A stretch of 64,000 nucleotides of DNA from Adineta vaga (lineage: Eukaryota; Animalia; Rotifera), in NCBI GenBank assembly GCA_021613535.1, contig CP075493.1:8184001-8248000 (forward strand). Direction: 5' to 3'. Shown here one piece after another: positions 41,101 through 53,100 of the stretch. Below the pieces are notes generated by a model. It searched no databases. It was given only the letters and a program-made list of their open reading frames with translations, and had not been told where the DNA came from. The first letter of the stretch is position 1. Every line of letters starts with the position of its first letter. The position numbers were made by a program, and so were the translations under genes.

Positions 41101-44100
41101 AATTCAATATTTTGTTTTCTTATTTCTAGTGAATTTGATATCATTGGAACGGATAGTGTTCTCGATTCCAGTGTTTCATCGATATCAAATTCAAATAAAA
41201 GTCTTAATCGAAGTTCAAGTAATCCTGATTTATCATCCTCATCAATTAGTAATAAATCAATTACATCATCAACTTCAACATTCAGTGGAGCTATAAATGA
41301 TGAAGATAATCTTACATTTGTTGTTAAAGTTTATCGTAGTGATCAATCATTCAAATACTTTCCTGTACTTAAGGTACGATCTTAAACAATAAAAAAGGAA
41401 AATTTCATACTAAAATATGAATTCTTTTAGAGTACAACATCACAACAATTGGTTATGTTAGCAATAACTGAATTTAGTATTGTTGATCAAAGCAGGTAAT
41501 ATTTTTGTTTTACAATAATTATTGAGAATAGATTACTAATCGATAAAAATTAGTTCTCTCGTTTACCTTTGTTCAAATTCATTTCAATTTTTTATAGTTA
41601 TGCACCCTCTTCTATAGAATTTGATCGATTGCGGTAAGAAGTGACGGTAACGGGATACAAGGGATTGATTGATATATAATCTAATTACTTAGTTTATTAT
41701 TTAAAATAAATAAATATATATATATATATATATGTACTTACTTCGATAGATAAGCATTCTATTGTAATTGAGAGCTAGAGAGAGAGAGTTCAATCGAAAA
41801 CTAATAACATCCAGATTACTTCGTCTATCTATAAGACAATAGATATAAATTTTATTGTCAATTATTGAAATTTGTTTTTAGGTATTATTCCTTATGTGAA
41901 GTATCAGTAGAAAACAATGTAATAAAACAAAAGCGTTTACCGGATCATATTGATAATTTACCCGAACGTTTATCAATTAATGCACGTTATTATTTAAAAA
42001 ATAATCATTCAACAGAAACACTTGTACCAGATCATTTATCAAATGAATTCATGCGTGAAGCACGTATTCATTTTTTACAATTAGATTCCTTAGAAATTTG
42101 TGCACAATTAACTTTACGAGATTTTGCGATCTTTAAATCCATTCTACCAACTGAATATATTGATCATGTATTTAAATTAAAAACATCGTATGGTATACCA
42201 CATTTAGAAAAATTTCTTCGTTTACCAAATCAAGAAATGTATTGGACAATAACGGAAATTACACGTGAAACGAATCTAATTCAAAGATCGAAAATCGTCA
42301 AACATTTTATTAAAATCGCAAGTAAGAAATATGATAGAATACGAAAGATTAAAGAGATATATCATTTGATATTTATCTTTTAGAATGTTGTAAAGATATG
42401 AAAAATTTCAATTCCATGTTTGCAATTATTAGTGGATTAGATCATAAAACTGTACAACGATTACAGGCTACTTGGGAACGTGTACCAGATAAATATAAGA
42501 AATTATTCGAAGTATGACATCTTTAACAAATCGAACAATTTGAAATTATTTCGTTACTAGGAATTAAAATCTTTACTTGATATCTCTCGAAATATGTCTG
42601 TCTATCGAAATTTATTAAAAAATGAATTCATTGTACCACCGATTGTAAGTTTTTTGTTTTTATTTGATGAACTATTGGTAGATCTTAATGTTATCTATAT
42701 AGATTCCGATGTTTCCGGTATGTATGAAAGATTTAACTTTCATTCATTTGGGCAATCAAACACAAGATAATGATTTGGTATGATTGAAAAAGATTTATCA
42801 ACTCGAGTTTAACAAGATGAATTGTTTTAGATCAATTTCGAAAAATTACGAATGATTGCCAAAGAAATTCGATGTATTGTCAATATGTCGTCATCACCTT
42901 ATGTAATAAAGAGAATAATTTTGATTGATATAAAAAAACTTGTTTATTTATTTTTCGAAGGATATCTCGAATATGTTTGATTCACCTACATCACATTCTC
43001 AAATATTTGCTGGTTTTGGTCATCAATCAACAGTAGATTCGTATGGAACAATACGAAGGTATCAAACAGGCATACGTTTATCAGTTGCTGCGAATGCAAA
43101 ACGAATCTACGATGAAGTAAAATGAAAATATTCTTGTTCTTGTTGGTTTCTTTTTAATGAAAACTCGATTCTTCTCTTTCAGGCATTAATGATTAAAAAA
43201 GTGAAAACATACTTAAATAATGCTGAAATCATTGAAGATGAAGATCGTTTACTTGAACTAGCCAATCAATGTGAACCTGGTAAGTAATCATCTTTATCTC
43301 GAAGGATTTATTTAAACTTCCTAAACTTCATAGTTCGATTTTTTTTCTTTCGGAAAACTAATTTGTGAGACATATAAGCTATTAAACTTTTCTATTATCA
43401 TTTTGCACTATGATTTTTCTAGTTTTTCATTTTTTTGAGCATACAAATCAAAAATTAATTGACTTCGGTGAGAAAAGAAACGACTTTTGATTAGAATATT
43501 GAGATCAGCATGGGTTTGGTTTTGTCTCTTGTTGATATATGCATGATCAAACTTATTTATTTCATTCGAGAAGGCTATTTATCAACATCAATGAGAAGAT
43601 TATCGTTAGTTGGATATGATATTCATATGAAAAGTGAAGGAACGGCGAATATTGCATTATCACGTGCACGAATTCATTCGACACCAACAAGTTTTATTTC
43701 TTTGAAAAATGTTCTTCTACAAAACGGTATTCGTTTGAAAATCAAAGGGAAAAAGCTCTAAGTCCTTCTTTATTTCTAAACATCGGTTGGTGATTTTATT
43801 TTGCTACTGCTGCTGTTGCTTTTTGCTAGTCATTGATTTTGAATCATTTATCTAGTTGCTTAATAGTTTAGTTTACGATTCTTTTCTTTCAATTTAGTAA
43901 GTACACTTAAACGTCGTCCATCTCCATCAACATCCAGTCTATCTTCAAATTCTTCTTGTGATCGTCGTGGAGGTTCAATTCAATTAACAAAATTTGGTAC
44001 GTAGTTTTATTCTTCTCGATAGCGAATAATCTTTCTTCTATTTAGAAAGTTATTCAGGTAAACAATAATCTAGATTTTGTTGTTCTATTGTCTTATGATT

Positions 44101-45027
44101 TGATATTTGTTAATTTTATATATCTGTACACAAAAGAATAGTAGTAAGAACTATGTTCCCTTATATTCTAGGTACACAATCTCCAGATGCAGTGAATAAA
44201 TTACTTCGATTATCAGATAGTAATCATCAAACTAAATCTCGAGCACCACAAAAAACGACGCCTGTTCTTCGAAGTGCATCACCATTAATTAGTAATTCAG
44301 TGACTTTAACAGGATTAACATCAACTAGTGAATTAACACATCGTCGTTATTATCATCAAGTAACAAAAATGCGTGATGCTAATAAATTAACAAGTGAAAG
44401 TTCAAGTTTGAATTTAAAACCAACATCATCAGTACTATACGTTCGAGCACATCATAGTAAATAGTTTTGATTTTGTGAGAGAGAAAAAAAATTGGATTTT
44501 ATTTCTGTTTAGAAATAGATAATTCAGTAACTAATGAAATCTTAAAAAATGGTCATTCCGATGACAATATTCTTAAATCAACAGAAATATGTATGTAGAA
44601 ATAACTTTTGTTTTTTTCTTTTCTTTGTGCAGAAAATAATTATTCATCGTAGTTATTGATAGTGATAAATCAACGCGTAGTGTAGTTGGTGATGGTTATT
44701 CATCGATTAAAAGTCGTAATCGATCTGTATTACCACAAGTGAATTCAGGTAAATATTGAAAAATCTATTTCAGTCTGTCGTTTGGAAACTAAGACTGATG
44801 TTATTCTGATTCTAGAAGTTAGTCCTGCTGCTGATAATGATGATCATCGATCAATACTCACACATAGTTGGATGCAACGTTCAAAATCTCATACTGAAGT
44901 AATTCTTGATCGAGGTTCGTCTTAAATCATATCCGAAATAAAACAAATTATAATTGTTTTTGTTTTCATATTTGTAGAAGAATCAACTGTTGATTATGAT
45001 GATCAAGAGCAAGTAACAGCTGTTTAA
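35150..45027 (+). CDS. RAPGEF2: PDZ-GEF, Rap guanine nucleotide exchange factor RAPGEF2/6 ortholog
   Basis: More than 20 exons in canonical domain order: cNMP-like domains (LEALSTLRE; [17 protein letters not shown]), REM ([12 protein letters not shown]), PDZ ([25 protein letters not shown]), RA (YSLCEVSV...RYYLKNN), CDC25 GEF ([27 protein letters not shown]). Ends EQVTAV*. Confidence 0.93.
39363..40545 (-). CDS. pnuC: PnuC-family nicotinamide riboside/vitamin transporter, nested antisense in a RAPGEF intron
   Basis: Exons 40545-40234, 40173-39582 and 39505-39363 with canonical GT-AG introns. Multi-TM protein with [30 protein letters not shown] and [31 protein letters not shown], and a terminal GLYTW. 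Confidence 0.85.
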
Positions 45028-45815
45028 ATCGATATAGCTACTCGAATGTTTAAATCATTGGTCCGGTGCATTTTTATTTTTGTTGTTTTAAACAGTGAAA
45101 TGTACTCGTCTAACAATTACAAATTCATTAACAATGTTGTTCGTTTGTGTGTGCGTGTTTTACATTGTTCTGTATTTGGTTTGGTGTTTTTTGTTTCCTT
45201 GTTTTCTTTTATATTTTGCTACTGGTTCTGTTTCTTTCTTGTATTGCTCAATAGTTTGTTTACACTAATGATCTGATGTAACTGTGTTTTGAATATTGTA
45301 GTGATTTAACATGCTAGAACTTGATCATTGGATGTATCACTATCATCATCATTGGTCAATAATTGTCAGATGAATTGCAAAAAAATGTTCTTTTCATATC
45401 TTGTTGTATAGCTCGAAAGAACAAAGAAACTAGATTCCACTGTGTTATTCTACGAGTTGAAAAGACTAATATATATATATATATATGTATAAAATCGACA
45501 TATATCATTGTGAATTTGTCTTTTTCTCCTTCTGTTTATGAATTTCTTATTCTTTCTGTGTTATATCTTCGCTTGTTTTCTTTTTCTATGCAGCGCAGCG
45601 TTTCGCATATGTTTTTATATATTTGTTAACTTAGTTTTTTTGTTATTCGAAATCGTATGCAAAATAAAATAACAAGAAATCAAAAGAAAAGAAACCCGAC
45701 TATTTCAATAAGCAACGAGAAAAAAAACTAGATGAGAACAGATCACATCTGCTTTTGCATACTTATATAAATGATCTGACTGTTGCATGCATCTTTCATA
45801 TTGATTGAAACCAAC

Positions 45816-46329
45816 ATGTTTTCATTGTTTTTCGTCGGTTTGTTATTTTGTTCATTGAGTTTCGTATGGAGTGCAACTCCATACAAAGACTGTGGATCAG
45901 ATCTTGCCACTATTCAAGCATTTGAAGTCACTGATTGTACAGCAGCTCCATGCAAATTGATCAAAGGCCACACATATTCAATGAATTTAACACTTCAAGC
46001 AAAAGCTCCATCGAAAACTGCTTCTGTTTCTATACATGGTATAAAGTTTCTCTCTTAATTCATCATTTATTTCGTATTTTCTATCTCGTATTTTCATAGG
46101 TATTATTGGTGGTATTCCAGTTCCATTTCCAATTCCTGAAACTGATGCATGTAAAATGGGTATTAAATGTCCAGTTGCTCAAGGTGATGTCAATGTTGCA
46201 ACATTTTCGATTCCAGTTTTACAATCCTATCCATCTCTTTCACTCTATGTGAAAATAGAAGTAGTTGCTGATGATGCAAAAAAAGATTTTACATGTTTAC
46301 AATTTCCAGCAACGATCGTAGGAGGATAG
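45816..46329 (+). CDS. NPC2: NPC2 / ML-domain sterol-binding protein
   Basis: Signal peptide, YKDCGS, C..APCKLIKG, GIPVPFPIPETDACKMGIKCPV, YPS, FTCLQFPA. Two exons (45816-46038, 46100-46329). Confidence 0.92.
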
Positions 46330-46669
46330 AAAATAGTTCAATCATATTTATAAATTAAAATATATCAATTTGAATGTCTTATCATGAGACTTTTATTTTC
46401 TTATATAAAATAAAATATTCTTATGAATAACGTTTACTAGGAATAGATTTTAATCAATTATAAGTGTATTTGTTCTCCTTATACTTTCAATTAATTGAAA
46501 GTCAAATAGTAGAACAAAAATCAAACACAGCTGTACCTTCTCACACTGTCCTATCGCATATTCGACGCGCATACAATTATACAAAATACGAATCCATTGA
46601 ATCAATAAGAAAAATTCAAATCTTTTCGAGATATTTTATTTTTATTCTTCTTTCAACACACACAATCGT

Positions 46670-47293
46670 TTACATATAAAGAGTACAAACTCTATCAGTA
46701 TATAACATTCCAATACATGCATCATTCGATGAACATAAACCACTACATGCTGTTGTACTTTTTAACGAAAATGTATTTAATACACCAGCATACATACTTT
46801 GTTCACGAAACCGAAATGCTTGCATATCTGATCGTTGAAAGCCTGTTGAACATTTATGTATCACACGTTGTTGAATTGGACGTGTACATACTGTAAAAGC
46901 ATCGACAATCGGTGCAGGTGTCGTTGGTGGTGGACATAAATATGGTATAATACATAGAACAGTTCCGAGTAAATCTGTTAGAACACTGAGTAAATCGCCA
47001 AGTGCATTTGTACTTGCAACTATTTTAGTTCTAGTGCCAGATGAATACCAGAAATTTCCATTACAATTTCCAGATTTAAATGTACTGTTGAGTACAGAAA
47101 TATCACTGAATAATGATGTTGTTCCATTAGTTAAATTGACAAGAATCATTCCATGATCTAAACAAAATTGATTAGCAGCATTGGCCGTTCTTGTTCCACT
47201 ACAATCAACATAAAATTTCTGTGGTAGAGAACAATCTGTTTTTACTAGCGAGAAATGTCCAATAAGACAAAGAAAAACTATGAGCCATACCAT
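46670..47293 (-). CDS. Secreted protein: C-type-lectin-like scaffold, amphipathic insert, PAN/apple-like C-terminus (paralog A)
   Basis: Intronless with a signal peptide. Motifs AANQFCLDHGMILVNL, FW and FTVC. The C-terminal CSGLCSSNDACIGMLYTDRVCTLY fits the PAN pattern CxxxC...C..(F/Y)...C.L. Confidence 0.75.
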   Translation of the reverse strand: MVWLIVFLCLIGHFSLVKTDCSLPQKFYVDCSGTRTANAANQFCLDHGMILVNLTNGTTSLFSDISVLNSTFKSGNCNGNFWYSSGTRTKIVASTNALGDLLSVLTDLLGTVLCIIPYLCPPPTTPAPIVDAFTVCTRPIQQRVIHKCSTGFQRSDMQAFRFREQSMYAGVLNTFSLKSTTACSGLCSSNDACIGMLYTDRVCTLYM

Positions 47294-48301
47294 TGTTTCG
47301 AATAAGAAAAATATTCTGATATACAATTTTAATTTTATGTAATATATTTATAAATCATTCTCTACTGAAAAAAAAACAAGACATGACATTAATATTCTTT
47401 TCTATTCTATGAATTCTATTTCGAGGCATATTAATTGATTGCTCATCGTAAGAGAAATTCATTTCCGATAGGTATATGACAGGTAAGCTTTTCCTTTATT
47501 TAAATCATCTGTTGAGAACAAAAATATCATGATTACGTGTTAACTTTCTTGTTAGGAACATCCTTCATATAAACAATCAATATCTATAATAATATAGAAT
47601 AATTTACGTCACATGATATGATAGTTTTTGACTGAATATATCGCACAAAATAATGTTTGTATTAAATATCGAGAAGTTTGCGATATGGCTATTTATGATA
47701 TCTAAAACTCATCTAAAGTTTTATAAATTTACAATTTCTGAGATTGATTTAACGGTAGTGTAAACGTCGGACATTGTGGCTTCATTGAAATTCATGATTT
47801 TTCTTTTGAAAAGGAAGCAAAAGAACAATTTTTAGGTAATAAGAAAATTAATATGATGTTGGAAAAGTTCATTTTATGAGTGCACAATATGACTTGATAT
47901 CTTCAATTGTGATTTGTTAAGAAAGTTTCGCAATAGATTCTAGAAAAATATCTTTCTACAACGCATTTAGTGATTGATATTGTGTTTCAACGTTTTTGAT
48001 TGTTCTACGATATGACTTTGACACAGATTACAAGCACAGATCGAATTAAATATTACGCACGAATACGATCAATAGAGACATAAAATTTCTTCATGAAACT
48101 ATGATGACAACATAAAGATACTTGTGAAAGATGATAGAGAATTCCTTTTATTTATTTATTAGAAATACAATGATTTTTGAAAATAATTTATTGAAATTAA
48201 TAATGATTAAAATATTACATGAATCTTTGATCAAAAGTCATTTGTCTTGATAAAATATTTCAGATTTTTGTATTTTGAATAAATGGTATATAATACGATT
48301 G

Positions 48302-48964
48302 CTATATATAGATACTACAGATTCCATTTATGTACGAGATGCCAATACATTCATCAAGTGTTGAACATATTCCACTACATGTCATTCGACTTCGTGATGG
48401 AAATGTATTCAAAACACCGCCGAACATAGTTTGTTCAACGAATTGATATGTCTTCATATCTGTTCGAGGAGCTTGAGATGAGCATTTTTGTACTACTCGC
48501 TGCTGTTTTGGACGAACACAAACAGTTACTGCGTCAGTAATAGGTGCAGGTGTTGTTGTTGCTGGACACCCGAAGAGAGGAATCAAGCAAAGTATATTGC
48601 CAACAGTACCAAGTACTCCTGCAAGTAGTTCGCCAACACCCGACAGAAGACCAGTTAAAACATCGTCAAGTGTATCCAAACTTCCCAAAATTCCCGTTAC
48701 ATTTTTAGATGCAAACCAAAAGCGAGAATAGCAATTAGCAGATCGAAGAGTTTGATTGAGAACCATTATGTCTTGAGTTATATGTGAAGAATTGGTCAGA
48801 TTCATTAAAGTCATGCCATAATTTTTACATAATTTAATTGAATCATTTAATTTTCGACCTACAGCGCAATCAAGATAATATTGTTCTGGTAGTGGACAAC
48901 TGGTCTCAACAATTGTTACATAGACCATAAGAAATAGAAAAAGTATAGATCGACACATGTTCAT
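48302..48964 (-). CDS. Secreted protein: C-type-lectin-like scaffold, amphipathic insert, PAN/apple-like C-terminus (paralog B)
   Basis: Intronless tandem paralog of 46670-47293 with the same Cys spacing and shared TTPAPI.DA.TVC.RP.QQRV..KCS and GVLNTF motifs. Confidence 0.8.
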   Translation of the reverse strand: MNMCRSILFLFLMVYVTIVETSCPLPEQYYLDCAVGRKLNDSIKLCKNYGMTLMNLTNSSHITQDIMVLNQTLRSANCYSRFWFASKNVTGILGSLDTLDDVLTGLLSGVGELLAGVLGTVGNILCLIPLFGCPATTTPAPITDAVTVCVRPKQQRVVQKCSSQAPRTDMKTYQFVEQTMFGGVLNTFPSRSRMTCSGICSTLDECIGISYINGICSIYI

Positions 48965-50191
48965 ACAGAAATATGATAGTCAAGCGCTTTGGAAACTTGC
49001 TTTTATAGTTCAATAACAGATAAACAAAAAAGGAAATTATACTTAACTATAGTCCTGATTTTTACTAGCAAAAGCATTTTAACTAAATGATTTTGACAAT
49101 AAAGCTCTTAATAGTTCAGATCCGGTAGTCGCATGTCAAATCTATTCTATTACAATCGAAAAAAGAGTACAATTATAAATAAGAATAGAAAAAACCAATA
49201 TATATTTAAAATATATGAATTAAATAACTTTTTATTAGTGATGTTTTGAAAAACAAAGTCGTAATAGTCCAATTAGCTCCTTGACGAATACAAACAACAT
49301 CAATATATCAACAACAATTCATTGCTTATTTACTTAATTATTTTGCAAATTGAACTAAAAAAATCTCTTGAATTCGAATCTATGTGATCCATGATAATAT
49401 TCACTAGTCATGAATTGTAAATAAGTCGCATTTAGACATCCAATCCGATCGATTTTATTTAATGTTATTATTAACAACAGGATATAGAATTAAGTATCTG
49501 AAACGATATGAATAAATATGCCTTGTTTTGATTGCTTATCAATTGTGTTCATATTATTTTTCTGTGTCTATAAAAGTGACCATGAAGACAAAATCTCATT
49601 TGTTTATGAGTTTGTCTAACATATAGATTTAAGTGCAATCGACTTTTCTCTCTTCTCATTCTTGAGTAAGGAGAATATTAAGAATTTTTTTAATGATTTA
49701 ATATGTTGAAAATTATATGATTGTCGAGAAATGTTCTGTTATCATTCAATGGCGTGTGTGTGTGTGTGTGTGTTTTTGGAAGAAGAAAAAAAGAACATGA
49801 CTGAGATCGAAGAAAAAGAAAGAAATTCGGATTTACTTAATTCAATAAAGATACCAAGTCTTAGTGTTCACTCGATTGAACGACGAGACAAGCCAAGGAT
49901 AGTTTAGCGGAAGGAAAATGATCGTTTATATAAGCATAAGAGAGAGTAATGTAGCAGTCAATAACAGTAATCATTTAACATCATGGTCGTATTCAGCAAA
50001 AAGAAACAGTATTATGACGATGTTGTTTATTGTTGATAGATCAAATCGACTAGTTCTAATATTCTTTTGAAAATAATGAACTATTGCAATGGCTCATGGT
50101 ACTCATGTACTATTTGAGTTTAAATTCATTTTTTCTTCATATTATGGTACTATAAAAACTTGTATTCTTAATTTATTTGATATTTATCTTC

Positions 50192-53100
50192 ATGTTCGAA
50201 CAACTTTGTCTATTTTCTTACAACGAATTCAATCGTATTTCAACTGTGATTATCAGCAGTCTATGGCTCTTCGTCACCATTCCTCATTCTCATTTTGTCA
50301 TGTGCTATTTTAATCGTCTATCAGGTATTGTAGATAGAACTATTTCAAAACGTATTCTAATTAGAATATACAGTACTAATTTTTCTCTTTATCCAGTTTT
50401 AAACGAGAATTTTCTGTGACTTACTCTTTTTCTTTTTATTTCTAGCTGTATCACCTGCATCCGAAGCTCCCATTGTCATCGGTGCTTTTTTCTCCTTGCA
50501 CAATCCACCAGTTTCACATGGAGGTGGTCGATTACGAGAATGGTAAGTACAATTTATCTAAATAAACTTACTTTTCTGGTGTTAATGACTATCTTAGTGG
50601 TGACATTCGAGAAGATTATGGCATACATCGTGTCGAAGGTACCTTTTGGATTCTCGATCAAAGTAGGGCAATAGAAATAGTTTTCTTAGTAATCAAATCG
50701 TATTTTTTTAATTTTTCTAGTCAATGCAAATCAATCCATTCTACCAAATATCACTGTCGGTTATCAAATTCGTGATTCATGTTGGTATGCACCAGTTGCA
50801 TTAGAACAAACAATTGAATTTATCGGTAAATCAGTTTTAACTTTTGCTGGTTCAACCATCAATACGAATGAAGGTCGATCACGCCTAGCAGCAATAATCG
50901 GACCGGGAGATAGTTCGATTACCATGCAAACACATAATATTCTACAATTATTTGAAATGCCACAAATTGGATATTCATCTACTGCACGACGATTAAGTGA
51001 TAAAGAAAAATTCAAATATTTTACACGAGTCATTGCATCAGATACACAACAAGCACAAGCTATTGTTGATATTATTCGACAATTTAAATGGAACTATGTT
51101 GCTACGATTGGTACCGAAGGTAATTGAAATAGTTGAAGAGTTGTTATCTGTTTTACTGATAAGTCATGTATGTATATTCAAAGGTGATTATGGTCGTGGT
51201 GGAGTTGAAGCGATTCGTCGTTTATTAAGTGCAGATGCATGTATTGGTGCTGATCTCACGATGGTAAATTCAGATAATCTATCACTTATTCAATTGTATT
51301 TCTTTGACGATTGTAGCCAATTGGTGCAAATGTAACAGTAGCTATTCAATTGATTCGAGAACTCGTCATTCGAGCACCACGAGTTCAAGTGCTTATATGT
51401 TTTTGTCTTGATCATTCGATTCGAGCTATATTACAAGCTATTAATGAGTTAAACTATACACAACGATTTGTTATTCTTGGAAGGTAATTGAACATAATCT
51501 AGAATCTAATTTCTATTTTTCGTTTTGATTCAAAGTGATGCATGGGCTGATCGTTTAAACATAATACCAAATAATACAGAAAATGTAGCATTGGGTGCTA
51601 TTACAGTAAATAATAGAATAAAATTTAGTCTGACAATCGATATTTGTTTTAAATAGATCAAAGCTCGTTCATTACGTGTTCCTGGTTTTGAACAATATTT
51701 TCGTCGATTACATGTTCATAATAATACACGAAATGTATGGTTTTCTGAATATTGGCAACAGAAATTCGATTGTGAATTAACCAATTATAATAATACAAAT
51801 CATCGAAAAACATATGCTCGTCAATGTCGACCAGAACACGAAAGTCTTACTCGAGTTCCCTATAATGAAGATCCTAAGCTGGCCTTTGTGATCAATTCAA
51901 TACTAGCTGTTGTACATGGCCTTGATAAAATGCATAAACAGGTACGTTTGAAAAGATTTTGATATTTATTGATATCATCCTATAATGATAGATCTGTAAT
52001 GGAACTAGTGGTTTATGTGCTGATATGGTTCGTATGAATACATCATTGTTAATGCAATTTTTAAAAAGTAGTCGATTTACCGGTATAACTGGTAATTATG
52101 AAATAACATGGATTATTTGTGCATGAAAATGTCTCTATTGTTTAGGCGAAGAGGTTTTTTTCGACGAAAATGGTGATGGTCCCGGAAGGTTTGATTTATT
52201 GAATAAATTGAGTTTTATATTCGATTTTAACAATAATTTAGATATGATATTATGAATTTACAATATAATATCAATGATACTGAACATCCTCTTCGTTATG
52301 TACACGTTGGTACGTGGAATACAGGAAAATTAAGTTTGAATACATCATCTATTCGTTTCTTTGCTGATCAATATTTATTAAATCAAATCAATATTCGTCA
52401 ATCTTGCAATGAAAATTGTCCATTTGGTCATATCAAAGTTTGTTTTTATCTTTATTTCCTTATTGTTTGTATATACGTATATATATATTGTTTTTTTTAC
52501 ACAGAAATTTACTGATGAAGAACATTGCTGTTGGAAATGTCATTCATGTGATAATGCAATTGTTCTCGACGAAACGACCTGTTTCACCTGTCCCATCGGA
52601 TTTTCACCGAATAATGATCAAACAGGTAATTATTGAATGTGTAGTTTGATGCGACAATTAATCTGAATGTTGAAAATGTTTAAGCTTGTGATTTATTACC
52701 AATCATAACAATCAACTTTCGTCATCCATTGTCAATAATTATATGTTTGATTGCTGGTATTGGCATATTAATAAGTTCATTTGTTGCTTATATATTTATT
52801 CGTTTCAATGCTACACCAGTTGTTAAATCCACAACACGTGAATTGAGTTATTTGATTTTAACCGGCATTTTATTTTGTCATCTAACAGCATTTATTACTC
52901 TACAAAAACCATCATTTATTGTTTGTGTTTTAACACGTTTGTTGCCAGGAATATCATTTTCGATGATCTATGGATCATTAGTAACAAAAACTAATCGAAT
53001 AGCAAGAATTTTAGCACGAAGTAAAAAGAAAATTATTACAAAACGATTAAAATTTATGAGTGCACGACATCAACTTGTCATTGCTTGTGTTATACTTGTG

